A DNA stretch of 35,567 bases from an uncultured virus (IMG/VR IMGVR_UViG_3300013902_000010) (taxonomy: Duplodnaviria > Heunggongvirae > Uroviricota > Caudoviricetes). Both the position numbers and the translations under genes were made by a program. Within the stretch, counting starts at the first letter, position 1, and each line of letters opens with the position of its first letter. This document shows positions 26,801-34,750 of this stretch, piece by piece. The notes beneath the pieces were generated by a model. The model searched no databases and had not been told where the DNA came from. It saw only the letters and a list, made by a program, of their open reading frames with translations. The stretch lies in IMG/VR virus record IMGVR_UViG_3300013902_000010, positions 62,001 through 97,567 of that record; one strand, 5' to 3'.

Positions 26801-27555
26801 CAACCGCATGAGCCTTGTGGGGCTATTACGTCAGTAGCGAAGCAAACAAACAGTGGATTCCAAGGCGTGCCATATATCACTTCGCTCACCAGTTGCCCGT
26901 CCCTCACCACATTAGGCAGGGTAACTTGATCTACCGCATAGATACGGAAGTCATTATTGAGCATCGTGGTGTCGAAGTCCTTACCAAAACCAAAGACCGG
27001 CAAGCCTTGCTGCAATGTGACTTCGCACCCCAAGGATGCAAGCTCCTGGGGGTTGAAGTCAGTCTTGGGTAAAAAAGAAAATGTCTCGATTGTTTGGGGT
27101 GAGATGGTACGATAATCCATCTTGGCGAAGAGCATAGGCCACTTGGCTCTCGTCTGCTCATTGTCGCCATATACTCGTACCACAAGGTCGTGGCAGAGCC
27201 TTAGCAAACTGGCTCCGTGCATCGGTAGGTTGCGCATGGCAGCATATAGCTCAAGCGCACCATACCCCGACTTACCCGTCTTGGTACACATCCATCGGAT
27301 AGCACCATGCTCGGCTTGCTTGTTGCCATCTACCCCTATACCATTATAAAGACCGCCTCGCTGGTTCTTATAGATGATGAAGTGAGGGGTCTGCTTGGAA
27401 TGGGCATCATCCGATGCACCATCGTCAGCCACCTTCTTCTGGCAGAACGGACAGAAGCAGGCTATCTGATTTTCTATGTTTTGCTCGTCGGCAGGCTTCA
27501 CCAAGAAAGTCATGTCGATGTTAGCAAGCTGGTTCATTATCGGATGATATAACAT
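23863..27555 (-). CDS. Large primase-helicase-like replication protein
   Basis: N-terminal CPFC zinc-finger-like motif, TOPRIM-like PEDALS/ILYPND segment, Walker A GGSGKS with VHWED and ITSN (SF3-like), and an SDLPF tail. Confidence 0.7.
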   Translation of the reverse strand: MLYHPIMNQLANIDMTFLVKPADEQNIENQIACFCPFCQKKVADDGASDDAHSKQTPHFIIYKNQRGGLYNGIGVDGNKQAEHGAIRWMCTKTGKSGYGALELYAAMRNLPMHGASLLRLCHDLVVRVYGDNEQTRAKWPMLFAKMDYRTISPQTIETFSFLPKTDFNPQELASLGCEVTLQQGLPVFGFGKDFDTTMLNNDFRIYAVDQVTLPNVVRDGQLVSEVIYGTPWNPLFVCFATDVIAPQGSCGCFFRPAMQQDPIVFSTAEGHTVRKVSKWLMGDKVFTWAMDHRSEKSTAVKSAIEQFDPYEQYTEQEEIWVENEKQDGTPKGTFHSEQIDIEAGEIKAQNIVFCRTPEDALSIYYAMRSLRSEKFSDNHFQKYCWYHVAFSIGRRNFWYIDHGQWRQEKLDFNAVQYQKMKRFAERVIILYPNDIASQRDCGAIASKYSDLCYAMLPEPFRSKYNQRWKWLYGCTPRSVRDYMMSYHMTDADNFKFDHDIKIPLYSKLRDAKNTDPFEIDYSRDPRSGKPKPPTCKVSPTKVWLFMTCHGYYRMIDPDSTDLVGQYIHLDRCFVEYIDAKSIIQAAKTLLLEFIEQSWRHNDQERKMMSDCANLIDKNFSEKSAGGLQSMVIDFAESFDAHTEYFYFHNVALKITPEAITPVSYDKINFFIPSLARKPYDFTMKVFNPPFIISESQDYRERLNAINQKEEMRNEDGSPVFTIDEIGRMRAELEEWSQTYRWTVDWKGKQERDLWPILRIIRGCSNTLWEVEQSAMRNKEPLSPDEMAVINSHFANMISCIGRVCYRSWDDMQSICPYLLEDNIQDEKQASGGSGKSVMINLVVGSAVNVLSVNMKSFATISDAKFSLSALLLFPGKYRVVHWEDKPKSFPMKYFYNKVTNGTDVERKFGDPITFKMEDSPEHVITSNNPLSDDDDSTIGRFPLVSFSDRFARANPQKRKPARSPKDVMKHFRMEPEHLTDTDRNQTIYVCALAVQFIMRYHTFAIAPQQNVRRRQMVQKLTESIVRYFEYFFARNEVYGVPICTEDMFREFMRDWADASEGKSKEYSRATFKKKIKDYCENMGITCNPPQLLSNNSDKHRGCFKLQAWVTQEYFVGREWENDDSVEPKYIRRIETSSHVFFFYRPGKDPIPKDYSELKRIAKEYAESPDPMPYRDDDGNIVSLTMEEEERWKSFVSRRQGRRSSSAGNNGNTPGSGADMVSQIDKSDLPF

Positions 27556-27925
27556 TTATTCTTCTATATTTTAATATACCAACGACAATAGACCCAGCGA
27601 AATAGGCGAGGCCAAACTTTCAAGTGTTACCATCCTGCTTTCCAGATTAGATGCTCGCGATATGTCGTTATCGAGTACCAAAGGCTTACTCGCATCACGC
27701 TTCCCGAAGCCTTAAATTCGGGGGGGTACCGCATAGGGTAGGAGCAGTTAGAATCTTTGCTATCTCGGCTCCCCTCCCCGACTGATTCAAATTAAAGCGC
27801 AAGACGTTTCAGCGCAGAATGGGTGGTTACATATTCGCAGGGGCGTTTCCGCTACCCTTCGCCCTTCGTGGGTCTATATCGTCAATATCATTTTTCATAC
27901 TTTGTTATGGTTCTCCCTGATGTAG

Positions 27926-27957
27926 CCTTTCGGAAAATCCAACCTTTCGGAAAATCC
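27926..27957. repeat. 15-bp direct repeat CCTTTCGGAAAATCC x2
   Basis: Copies at 27926-27940 and 27943-27957. Confidence 0.85.
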
Positions 27958-28416
27958 TGATAGTTACAAAAGAGAAAGAAGACCTTGGAGTGATGCTGTC
28001 AAATTTCAAGAGACTGCATCCACATCCCCGATTCGTGTACGACTACCTTTTGATGCAAGTTTCCTACGCTTTTCAAAGCCATGATGTTCGACTATGAGCA
28101 TTAGGTACTGATGTAAGTATTCTCAGGCTTTTTATTCAGACTTTGCCTGCATCGTTTTGTAAGCCGGTTGCCGATATGGAGGGATGGATGGTATATACCT
28201 ATCAGCGAGACGTTGCCGTTCTCGCCATCGCTCCTCGGTCTTCTTGTTGTTGCCATTTAACCGATGGCTCGGTTGTCTAAAAATTTAAAAGTTCAAGTAG
28301 CAGAACGCATACCTTATCTTTTACGAAATCCCGCTTCTCACGAAGAAGGAGTTTCTTCTTTTCGCTTATGTTCTATTTTATGTAATTTCTTATGTGCTCA
28401 AGAAAGTTTCCAGCTA

Positions 28417-28833
28417 TTACAGATTGAGAAAGGTTTCCAACCTATAATGCCTTATCTTGCAGTTGCAGATGGTCTCCATTCGATGCAGAAGCATCTGGGT
28501 GAAGCTCTCGAAACTGAAAAACTCCTCGTTCAATCCAAGCACCTGCACTTCCGTTCTCCAATAGCCTTTGCCGTTCTTTCGTCGGCAGCTATGCGAGGTG
28601 AGGATTTTGATGTCCTCCAGGTTGCCAGCCATCATCTTGTAGAGATACTGGCAAGCGTCCCTCAACAATGAGAATGGAGCGTAGAAGAGCAGCGTGGGAA
28701 TATCTTCCTTGATGCCCCTCATCGTCTCGGTATAGGCGAAGCGATGCAGATACTTATACTTAGATAGGTTTCTGTGCTTCTTCTGTATGCCGCTACGATT
28801 CGGTGTATAAGGCAAATCAAATATTCTTGGCAT
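28417..28833 (-). CDS. Hypothetical protein
   Basis: 138 aa ORF starting 6 nt after the exonuclease stop. Confidence 0.65.
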   Translation of the reverse strand: MPRIFDLPYTPNRSGIQKKHRNLSKYKYLHRFAYTETMRGIKEDIPTLLFYAPFSLLRDACQYLYKMMAGNLEDIKILTSHSCRRKNGKGYWRTEVQVLGLNEEFFSFESFTQMLLHRMETICNCKIRHYRLETFLNL

Positions 28834-28839
28834 AAACTT

Positions 28840-29583
28840 CTACGAGATATTCAAGTCCTGATGCTTGTCATCACACTGCGCAAACGTTACGTTCTCCCTC
28901 AGCCGACGCATGATTTGCCAAGTACTATAGATACTTCGTTTGCAATCAAAGAGAGGGTCGTGAGCTGCACCATCATCCACAATATCCTTGTAGTCCCTTG
29001 TCTGCTGGTAAGCCCAATCAATGCTAAATGGATCCATATTTCCACCATGCGCATGGACCATCTCAAAACTTTTCGCGTCCCAGAAAATTCTCGCTGCTTC
29101 CAGATAGAATGTGCGATGGTCTCTAAACTGGGTGTGCTCGATGCCAAACTTGATTCCCATCTTATAGCAGATGTATCTCAAGATAGCCACATCAAAGTCA
29201 GTACCCTGTGCCCAAAGGCAAAGATCATCGTCGCCAAGCTTTTCCATCACATCTTTTTTGACCCAATCGAGAAATTCTGTTATCACGATGTCTATCGGCT
29301 GGCATGGCTCATCGTCGCTATCGTTGGCAAGCAATGCTTGTTTTGCCTCGTCGCTCTGACGGCTCCACCAGTCCGCTGTGCTCTGGTCGAAAGTGAAGCC
29401 AGCCAGGAACATGCTACGCAAATCGACATGAGCCGAATACGTAGGATATTTCAGCAAGCCATCACCTTCCCCAAAGAACGGCGAATGTTCGTCGTATCGC
29501 TTCCACGCCACCGCCCCGATGCTCATCACGGCTGCGGTGGGTGCCAGCGAACAGGTTTCCAAATCAAAAGTTATGTCAACCAT
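28840..29583 (-). CDS. DEDDh 3'-5' exonuclease (phage type)
   Basis: FDLET (ExoI), WAQGTDFD (ExoII) and HDPLFD (ExoIII). Confidence 0.85.
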   Translation of the reverse strand: MVDITFDLETCSLAPTAAVMSIGAVAWKRYDEHSPFFGEGDGLLKYPTYSAHVDLRSMFLAGFTFDQSTADWWSRQSDEAKQALLANDSDDEPCQPIDIVITEFLDWVKKDVMEKLGDDDLCLWAQGTDFDVAILRYICYKMGIKFGIEHTQFRDHRTFYLEAARIFWDAKSFEMVHAHGGNMDPFSIDWAYQQTRDYKDIVDDGAAHDPLFDCKRSIYSTWQIMRRLRENVTFAQCDDKHQDLNIS

Positions 29584-29626
29584 TTGTAGTTATGAATGAA
29601 TTTCTTTTGTCTCTTAACTTTTCTTC

Positions 29627-30142
29627 TTATTCTCTATTCTTGCTCTTTACCTTAGAATCATATTCCTCCAGCAAGTTTTTGATACCCGCCTGCTCCCAAG
29701 GCTTCCAATCATCAGCAGAGAAACGCTTGATGATGGTCGTGCGGCTCATACCTCGCTCCTCCATAAAGGAAAAGAGCTTCATGCACAAGCCACTACCCGC
29801 CTTTTTAAGACAAGTATAAAAGACACCTGGCTTATCACTCTTGGCAAGTGTGTAGAGATAGCCCTTATCGCCAATCTCGTTGCCCAAGGCATCGCACTCC
29901 ACATATTCCAACAATAGCTTACCAACATCGGGTATAGCTAAGAATTGACTTTTGCAGTTGTCAATGCCCTGGATTTCCCAAGCATCGAAACCTTTCTGAA
30001 AGAAACGAAGGTAAAATGTCGAAGTCGTAAAGCCTTTTGCCGATAAAAACTCGGCTAAAACTTTCTTTTCTTCGGGTGAAACATCACTCACATCTAGTGG
30101 GGTGTTGTTTTGGAAGATTTTTTTCTTATTTTCCTTTGTCAT
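29627..30142 (-). CDS. First gene of the early operon; putative Cro-like regulator with an internal duplication
   Basis: Start moved to the ATG at 30142 because the promoter lies at 30169-30200. Repeated segments GFDAWEIQGIDN and DWKPWEQAGIKN. Confidence 0.55.
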   Translation of the reverse strand: MTKENKKKIFQNNTPLDVSDVSPEEKKVLAEFLSAKGFTTSTFYLRFFQKGFDAWEIQGIDNCKSQFLAIPDVGKLLLEYVECDALGNEIGDKGYLYTLAKSDKPGVFYTCLKKAGSGLCMKLFSFMEERGMSRTTIIKRFSADDWKPWEQAGIKNLLEEYDSKVKSKNRE

Positions 30143-30168
30143 TTCAATTAAATTTCTTAATTTTGGTG

Positions 30169-30200
30169 CAAATTTAAATATTAAAATTGAAACAAACAAA
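30169..30200 (-). promoter_or_regulatory. Canonical Bacteroidota primary-sigma promoter TTTG-N20-TAAATTTG
   Basis: -33 TTTG at 30200-30197 and -7 box at 30176-30169. An imperfect inverted repeat (TTACCTAT...ATAGGTTA) lies in the divergent intergenic region. Confidence 0.7.
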
Positions 30201-30308
30201 TGTTACCTATATTTTTCGCTAAAAATTAGGGGAATTTAACATAGGTTATCATTATTAATTAGATTTGAGATACGTTTTTGATATATTCACCTTATAAATA
30301 TAACAGAT

Positions 30309-31022
30309 ATGAAGTACCATTTCAATTACAGCTTCCTCAAAAGATGGATGCAAGCCAACGCGGATATAACAGACCGACAAGTTCTTTACGCCATGGGTAC
30401 CACCAGCAATGCGGGACTAGACAGTTGGGAGAAAATGAAAACACCTATCCCTACTATTCAGCTTCTTCGCTTCTGCAATGCCTTTCAGGTGCCAATATCG
30501 GCATTCATTGTGGATGCCGATGCAGATTACAGCCAAGGTATCGACCAATTCGACTATGTGCAACCGGACGTTAACGACCAGTTTGAGCCAGATGGAGGCT
30601 ATATCCCTAAAGACGAGCGACGACCACTCGGCACCCGTGCCCTCCGTGATCCTACCGACGTGGAGCTTATCAAATCTACGGTGCCAGGTTTGGTAAAGGA
30701 GTCTAAGTCCACCCATAACGATAACAATACTATCCACCAAAACCATAACGAGGGCAATAATATCCAACAGCACATTAACAAGGCGCAAGCCGTGGTGGGA
30801 AATATCACCGACACCAGCAGAGGAGAGAATGACAGTGCCTTAGCCTCTCGCCTACTCGACATCATCGCCGAGCAACAGAAACAGATTACCAACCTGTCTC
30901 AACAGGTAGGCGAGCTTGCAGGTCAGGTGGTGAAGTTAAGTAGTGAGTGTATGAGTACGAATGTCGGCAACAGCATGAATGCGTGCATGGTGGCAGAGGA
31001 TAGCCCTCGCCATCGCCAATAA
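30309..31022 (+). CDS. Putative CI-like HTH repressor
   Basis: Divergent from the early operon. Xre-like pattern (GLDSWEKMKTPIPTIQLLRFCNAFQVPISAF) and a C-terminal coiled coil ending VAED. Confidence 0.6.
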   Translation: MKYHFNYSFLKRWMQANADITDRQVLYAMGTTSNAGLDSWEKMKTPIPTIQLLRFCNAFQVPISAFIVDADADYSQGIDQFDYVQPDVNDQFEPDGGYIPKDERRPLGTRALRDPTDVELIKSTVPGLVKESKSTHNDNNTIHQNHNEGNNIQQHINKAQAVVGNITDTSRGENDSALASRLLDIIAEQQKQITNLSQQVGELAGQVVKLSSECMSTNVGNSMNACMVAEDSPRHRQ

Positions 31023-31056
31023 CCCAGCAATAGAGTTTTTTTATAAGATGCCACAT

Positions 31057-31098
31057 AAAAAAACCGCCATCTATCCCTCTCGGACGGATGGCGGCTCT
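31057..31098. terminator. Hairpin terminator between convergent genes
   Basis: CCGCCATC...GATGGCGG stem with an A-tract on the left, giving a U-tail on the minus strand. Confidence 0.6.
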
Positions 31099-31304
31099 TC
31101 CCTATTAACTTTTGCGGGCTTCGCTAAGCCCAGAAGACAATAAGAAAAATAAATAAATAATTAATTAACAATCAACTTTAATCCTAACTAAGAATCATCT
31201 ATAAATTAGTATCATGGAACCTAAAACTAATAACCAGTATATATATGATAAGAAGAAAAATCTCCTTTATAATTTTGTCGCAGCTTGCACGATGAACATG
31301 CAAG

Positions 31305-31874
31305 TTATTTCTGCTCATTCAGTGCAGCCATTCTTCTGCGGCAAAACTCCTTCTCCGTGATTGCCTGGCAATCTCCTGCCAAACTATCATAAGGAATATC
31401 AACGTACCAAAAGTCATGATGCAAGAATACCATCGGTGTCTCGTTACCAAAAGTGAAAGGCACAGGCATATCTTTCTTTACCTCCTTAGGCTTAAACTGC
31501 AAGATACCTATCAGTTCCGCCTCGCTCACCAATGGCAAGGCTTGCATCTCTTTTTCGATGTCGCTTCCCTCGGTAGGAATCCAGAAGCATCTGCCATCAT
31601 CATCCTTCAGATACTCCATACCTTCCTTGCCAGGAACCTGCACCTTCTGCCAGCCATCCTTGCTTAGTACGTTTGCATCAAACTGCACCATCACGACACC
31701 ACCAGCCATACCATCAGGCGACTCGTAGTAAGACGATGCTCCTTGTTTCTCTACCCACTTTCGGGCTTGCTCATCTACCTGCGCACACTTGGCCATGAAT
31801 GCCTCCAACTTCTCGCCTACCCCACTCTTCGCTGCAATCTTGAAGAAGAAATGAGGCTTTTTTACTCTTCCCAT
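31305..31874 (-). CDS. Hypothetical protein
   Basis: 189 aa ORF. Confidence 0.7.
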   Translation of the reverse strand: MGRVKKPHFFFKIAAKSGVGEKLEAFMAKCAQVDEQARKWVEKQGASSYYESPDGMAGGVVMVQFDANVLSKDGWQKVQVPGKEGMEYLKDDDGRCFWIPTEGSDIEKEMQALPLVSEAELIGILQFKPKEVKKDMPVPFTFGNETPMVFLHHDFWYVDIPYDSLAGDCQAITEKEFCRRRMAALNEQK

Positions 31875-31947
31875 AATATCCTAAAAATTAATTAATAAAA
31901 ACTTAATATATATTTTGCCGAAAATATTGTATATATTTTTGCCGAAA

Positions 31948-32035
31948 TATTGTACTTTTGTACGTAAGTACTTTGGTACGTTTCTACCTTGACACTTTCG
32001 TGCCTTGATGCTTTCGTACCTTTGCGCTTTTGTAC
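31948..32035. repeat. Eleven contiguous degenerate 8-bp units (consensus ~TTTNGTAC); centromere candidate
   Basis: tattgtac ttttgtac gtaagtac tttggtac gtttctac cttgacac tttcgtgc cttgatgc tttcgtac ctttgcgc ttttgtac. Confidence 0.7.
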
Positions 32036-32066
32036 AATTCAACAATCAACATTTAACACTCAACAT

Positions 32067-32369
32067 TCATTTTGGCTTGCAGTAGATAACAGGCTCACCA
32101 CTCTCATCGGTCTTCATCCTAAAGCCACGATACCCCAGTTCGGCGATATACAATGCCAATGGGTCGCCAAGTGGAGTAACCACAGCCTTGAAGTAAGAAC
32201 GAAGCTGATAGTCGGTGAACATATCGCAACCCTCGCTCCAATGATCCTGCGGTGCATACTGATTGCAGAATGCCTCTATCTTGGCAGGTATCACGAAATC
32301 GTCGAGCGTTACTTGTGTTTGCTCATTGTTCTCCACCACATCGAAGTCTTGTTTTTTCTTCTTTGCCAT
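32067..32369 (-). CDS. Hypothetical protein
   Basis: 100 aa ORF starting 12 nt after the lipoprotein stop. Confidence 0.65.
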   Translation of the reverse strand: MAKKKKQDFDVVENNEQTQVTLDDFVIPAKIEAFCNQYAPQDHWSEGCDMFTDYQLRSYFKAVVTPLGDPLALYIAELGYRGFRMKTDESGEPVIYCKPK

Positions 32370-32381
32370 AACACGATTTTT

Positions 32382-33008
32382 TTATTTATCCTTGTTTAGC
32401 TTATCGTCTCGTTTGCGCTTCAACGTCAGCAACAGGATAAACACTACCATCAGGAGAAATAACTGGAAGGCGTTCTTTCTCGCCTTGGCTCCAAAGGATT
32501 TCTTCTTTACGTCCTCAGTGTTCTTCTCCTCGTTGTCCGACAACGTGTCCTTGGCTGCCCAGTGAGTGCCCACATCGCTCTTGCTGCTCAACGCTGAACT
32601 ATCCACGCTCTGCTTCATCTGTTCTATCTCGTGCCGCTGATAGTCGGCATCGGCGGTAGATGCAGCTTGCTTCTGCTTGCCGTGCTTGCGCTGGATGGTT
32701 CTATCCGTAGTAGTCGTCTTGTTGCCCTGGGCATCGGTGGTCTCGGTGATATGCTCACGGATGATTTCGTCCAAGCTATCTCGCTCCCAGACGGAAGACG
32801 ATACCTGTACCGTCGATTGCTCGCTCTTCTGCACGCTGTCCGATGCAGCCACCTTCACATGACTGCTATCCACCTGCTCGCTCCTAACGCTATCCATCGC
32901 CTCGGTGTGGCTCACGTTAGCCACATGTCGGGAAGAGGCGCAAGCGGATACCATCGCCATTATTACGACCGCTATCAAGAGCGGTCCGATAATTCCTTTC
33001 CTTTTCAT
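32382..33008 (-). CDS. Lipoprotein with a C-terminal TM helix; candidate unimolecular spanin
   Basis: Signal peptide with lipobox VSAC, and a C-terminal FQLFLLMVVFILLLTL segment followed by KRKR. Confidence 0.6.
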   Translation of the reverse strand: MKRKGIIGPLLIAVVIMAMVSACASSRHVANVSHTEAMDSVRSEQVDSSHVKVAASDSVQKSEQSTVQVSSSVWERDSLDEIIREHITETTDAQGNKTTTTDRTIQRKHGKQKQAASTADADYQRHEIEQMKQSVDSSALSSKSDVGTHWAAKDTLSDNEEKNTEDVKKKSFGAKARKNAFQLFLLMVVFILLLTLKRKRDDKLNKDK

Positions 33009-33038
33009 ACGTAATTTCGTTTATTTATTTCTTCGGTG

Positions 33039-33075
33039 CAAAGGTACGAAGAAATAAATAAATGGGTGGGACAAA
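33039..33075 (-). promoter_or_regulatory. Phage-type promoter TTTGTCCCACCC...TACCTTTG for the lipoprotein operon
   Basis: Same motif and 25-nt spacer as the other three sites. Confidence 0.7.
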
Positions 33076-33126
33076 GTAAGTGAAGAGTGAAGAACGAAGA
33101 GTGAAGAATCATTACCCAAAACACAA

Positions 33127-33176
33127 AAAAATAATCACTGGCTTTCTGAAAACGTAGAAAACCAGTGATTATTTTT
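33127..33176. terminator. Long inverted repeat / bidirectional terminator downstream of rep
   Basis: AAAAATAATCACTGG...CCAGTGATTATTTTT. Confidence 0.7.
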
Positions 33177-33202
33177 AGAGGTCTATAACGATGGAGATTT
33201 TT

Positions 33203-34381
33203 TTAAGTCGCAACCTTGTAGCCCAAATTGACAATCTTACCAAAGACAGCGTTCATGCTCTCCTTAACAGCCTGTATGTTTTCATCGGTTAGATTTCGTT
33301 CTACTAAATCTCGCTGCTGGGCTGTAGCAGATAGAACGAGTGAAGCCCCATCGAAAGAATAAAAAGACAAAGGTAGAAAGAAATCAGCTATAGGACTGCG
33401 CAGTTTTACCAGGTGCGACACAAAAGCTTTCCACTTTTCTAAGCCCGTCTCATTGACTTCAAACAATATCATTTGTTGCTGTTGGGCGTTAGCTTTTTCC
33501 ATTTCCTCAATGGTATCAAAGATATGAAACTTAATAAAAGCAGGATTACCAACCTTACGCTTTCCATTATAAACAGGTTCGTAACTGACACATATATCCA
33601 ACAAACCCTCTTTTCTTAACCTATTGATGTCGTTAATGCTCGTATCGAGCACCATCTTCTTGAATTGAGAAAACTTTGGGTAAGCCTCTTTTATCTCACC
33701 AGCTTTCAAAGGTCTTCCAGCTCTCTTCTTCTCGATTTCATTTTCGCCAGAAGAAGCCTTTGTTTTAACGCGCATTCCAAGATAGTCTTTGATTTCGATA
33801 ACCGTAAGATGCACCTCCCTGTTCTTCCAACGTTCCGAAACCTTGAACAAGTAATAGTACATCATAGGCATACGTTCCACTCGTCCTAAACGAGCAATGT
33901 CGGCAGGATGTCTTACATATCCCTGACTCATGTCAAATACGTAGTCCACCACTTCCGGATTGAGACTGAAAACAACGCCGTTTCCCTCCTTTGACGAAAG
34001 GTTGGCTTTCGTGAAGATGTTATATGCAATAATAGCGGGATTGCCATCCTTATCCACACCTGGTGCGTCAACGGTTAGCTCCAACACCTCTTTTACCGCA
34101 GCACGAGCCACCTGATAATTGTTGATACTCACGCCCAACTCGGCATAAGATATAACGAAATCGGGCATACCATTATTCTTTTCTGCTTCGGTGAATAGCG
34201 GTCGTGGAATATCACGAGACTTGCAAAGATCGCTCCCGAAATATTTCTGCACATACCCCTGCAAATGTTCACTTACCTTGTTTAACATCGACTGCTGAAG
34301 AAGAGACAGGTTCTTCGACAGTTTGGTATATGCAAAAGGCGTGTTTATGTATTGTTGTGGAAATAAAGTATTACTATTCAT
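33203..34381 (-). CDS. Plasmid replication initiator (Rep_3/RepB-like)
   Basis: Winged-helix initiator pattern (EIKDYLG...YPKFSQFKKMVLDTSINDI). Lies directly downstream of the iterons. Confidence 0.8.
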   Translation of the reverse strand: MNSNTLFPQQYINTPFAYTKLSKNLSLLQQSMLNKVSEHLQGYVQKYFGSDLCKSRDIPRPLFTEAEKNNGMPDFVISYAELGVSINNYQVARAAVKEVLELTVDAPGVDKDGNPAIIAYNIFTKANLSSKEGNGVVFSLNPEVVDYVFDMSQGYVRHPADIARLGRVERMPMMYYYLFKVSERWKNREVHLTVIEIKDYLGMRVKTKASSGENEIEKKRAGRPLKAGEIKEAYPKFSQFKKMVLDTSINDINRLRKEGLLDICVSYEPVYNGKRKVGNPAFIKFHIFDTIEEMEKANAQQQQMILFEVNETGLEKWKAFVSHLVKLRSPIADFFLPLSFYSFDGASLVLSATAQQRDLVERNLTDENIQAVKESMNAVFGKIVNLGYKVAT

Positions 34382-34413
34382 AACCTCTTATTTTTTATAG
34401 TCTAAAGTAAACG

Positions 34414-34750
34414 AGGTACTAATGTTTTTTACCTCACACCCCTCAAAAACGATGTTTAGGTACTAATGTTTTTTACCTCAGAAAATTCCTAAATACTGAT
34501 ATTCAGCCACTTAATGATTTTTCTACACCCTATAATATAATATAAGTAATATTTATCTAATTAATTACATTATTATATAAGGTAAAAAACATTAGTACCT
34601 ACTTCACCTTTCCGCGATAAGTAGGTAAAAAAGTTTAGTAGTTTTGGTAAAAAACATTAGTACCTACTTTACCAAGGTAAAAAACATTAGTAGTCGTTTT
34701 ACTTTATCTAATAGTTCTATTAGGTAAACTACTACTAAATCGTTTTACCT
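34414..34750. repeat. Iteron origin: AGGTAAAAAACATTAGTA(CCT) repeats in both orientations around an AT-rich tract
   Basis: Reverse copies at 34414-34436 and 34458-34480. Forward copies at 34580-34600, 34623-34640, 34646-34665 and 34675-34692. Degenerate reverse copy at 34733-34750. AT-rich tract at 34531-34580. Confidence 0.85.

Noticed and set aside
27730..27790. Stem ending CCTACCCTAT on the minus strand, resembling group II intron domain VI
   Set aside because: No recognisable domain V upstream, and no intron-encoded protein or interrupted gene.
2145..33889. Numerous antisense and nested ORFs in the track (e.g. 4179-4910, 14236-14847, 21680-22456, 28774-29589)
   Set aside because: They are shadows of well-supported genes on the opposite strand.
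34414..34750. Repeats considered as a CRISPR array
   Set aside because: Mixed orientation, irregular short spacers, no cas genes, and adjacency to rep indicate iterons.
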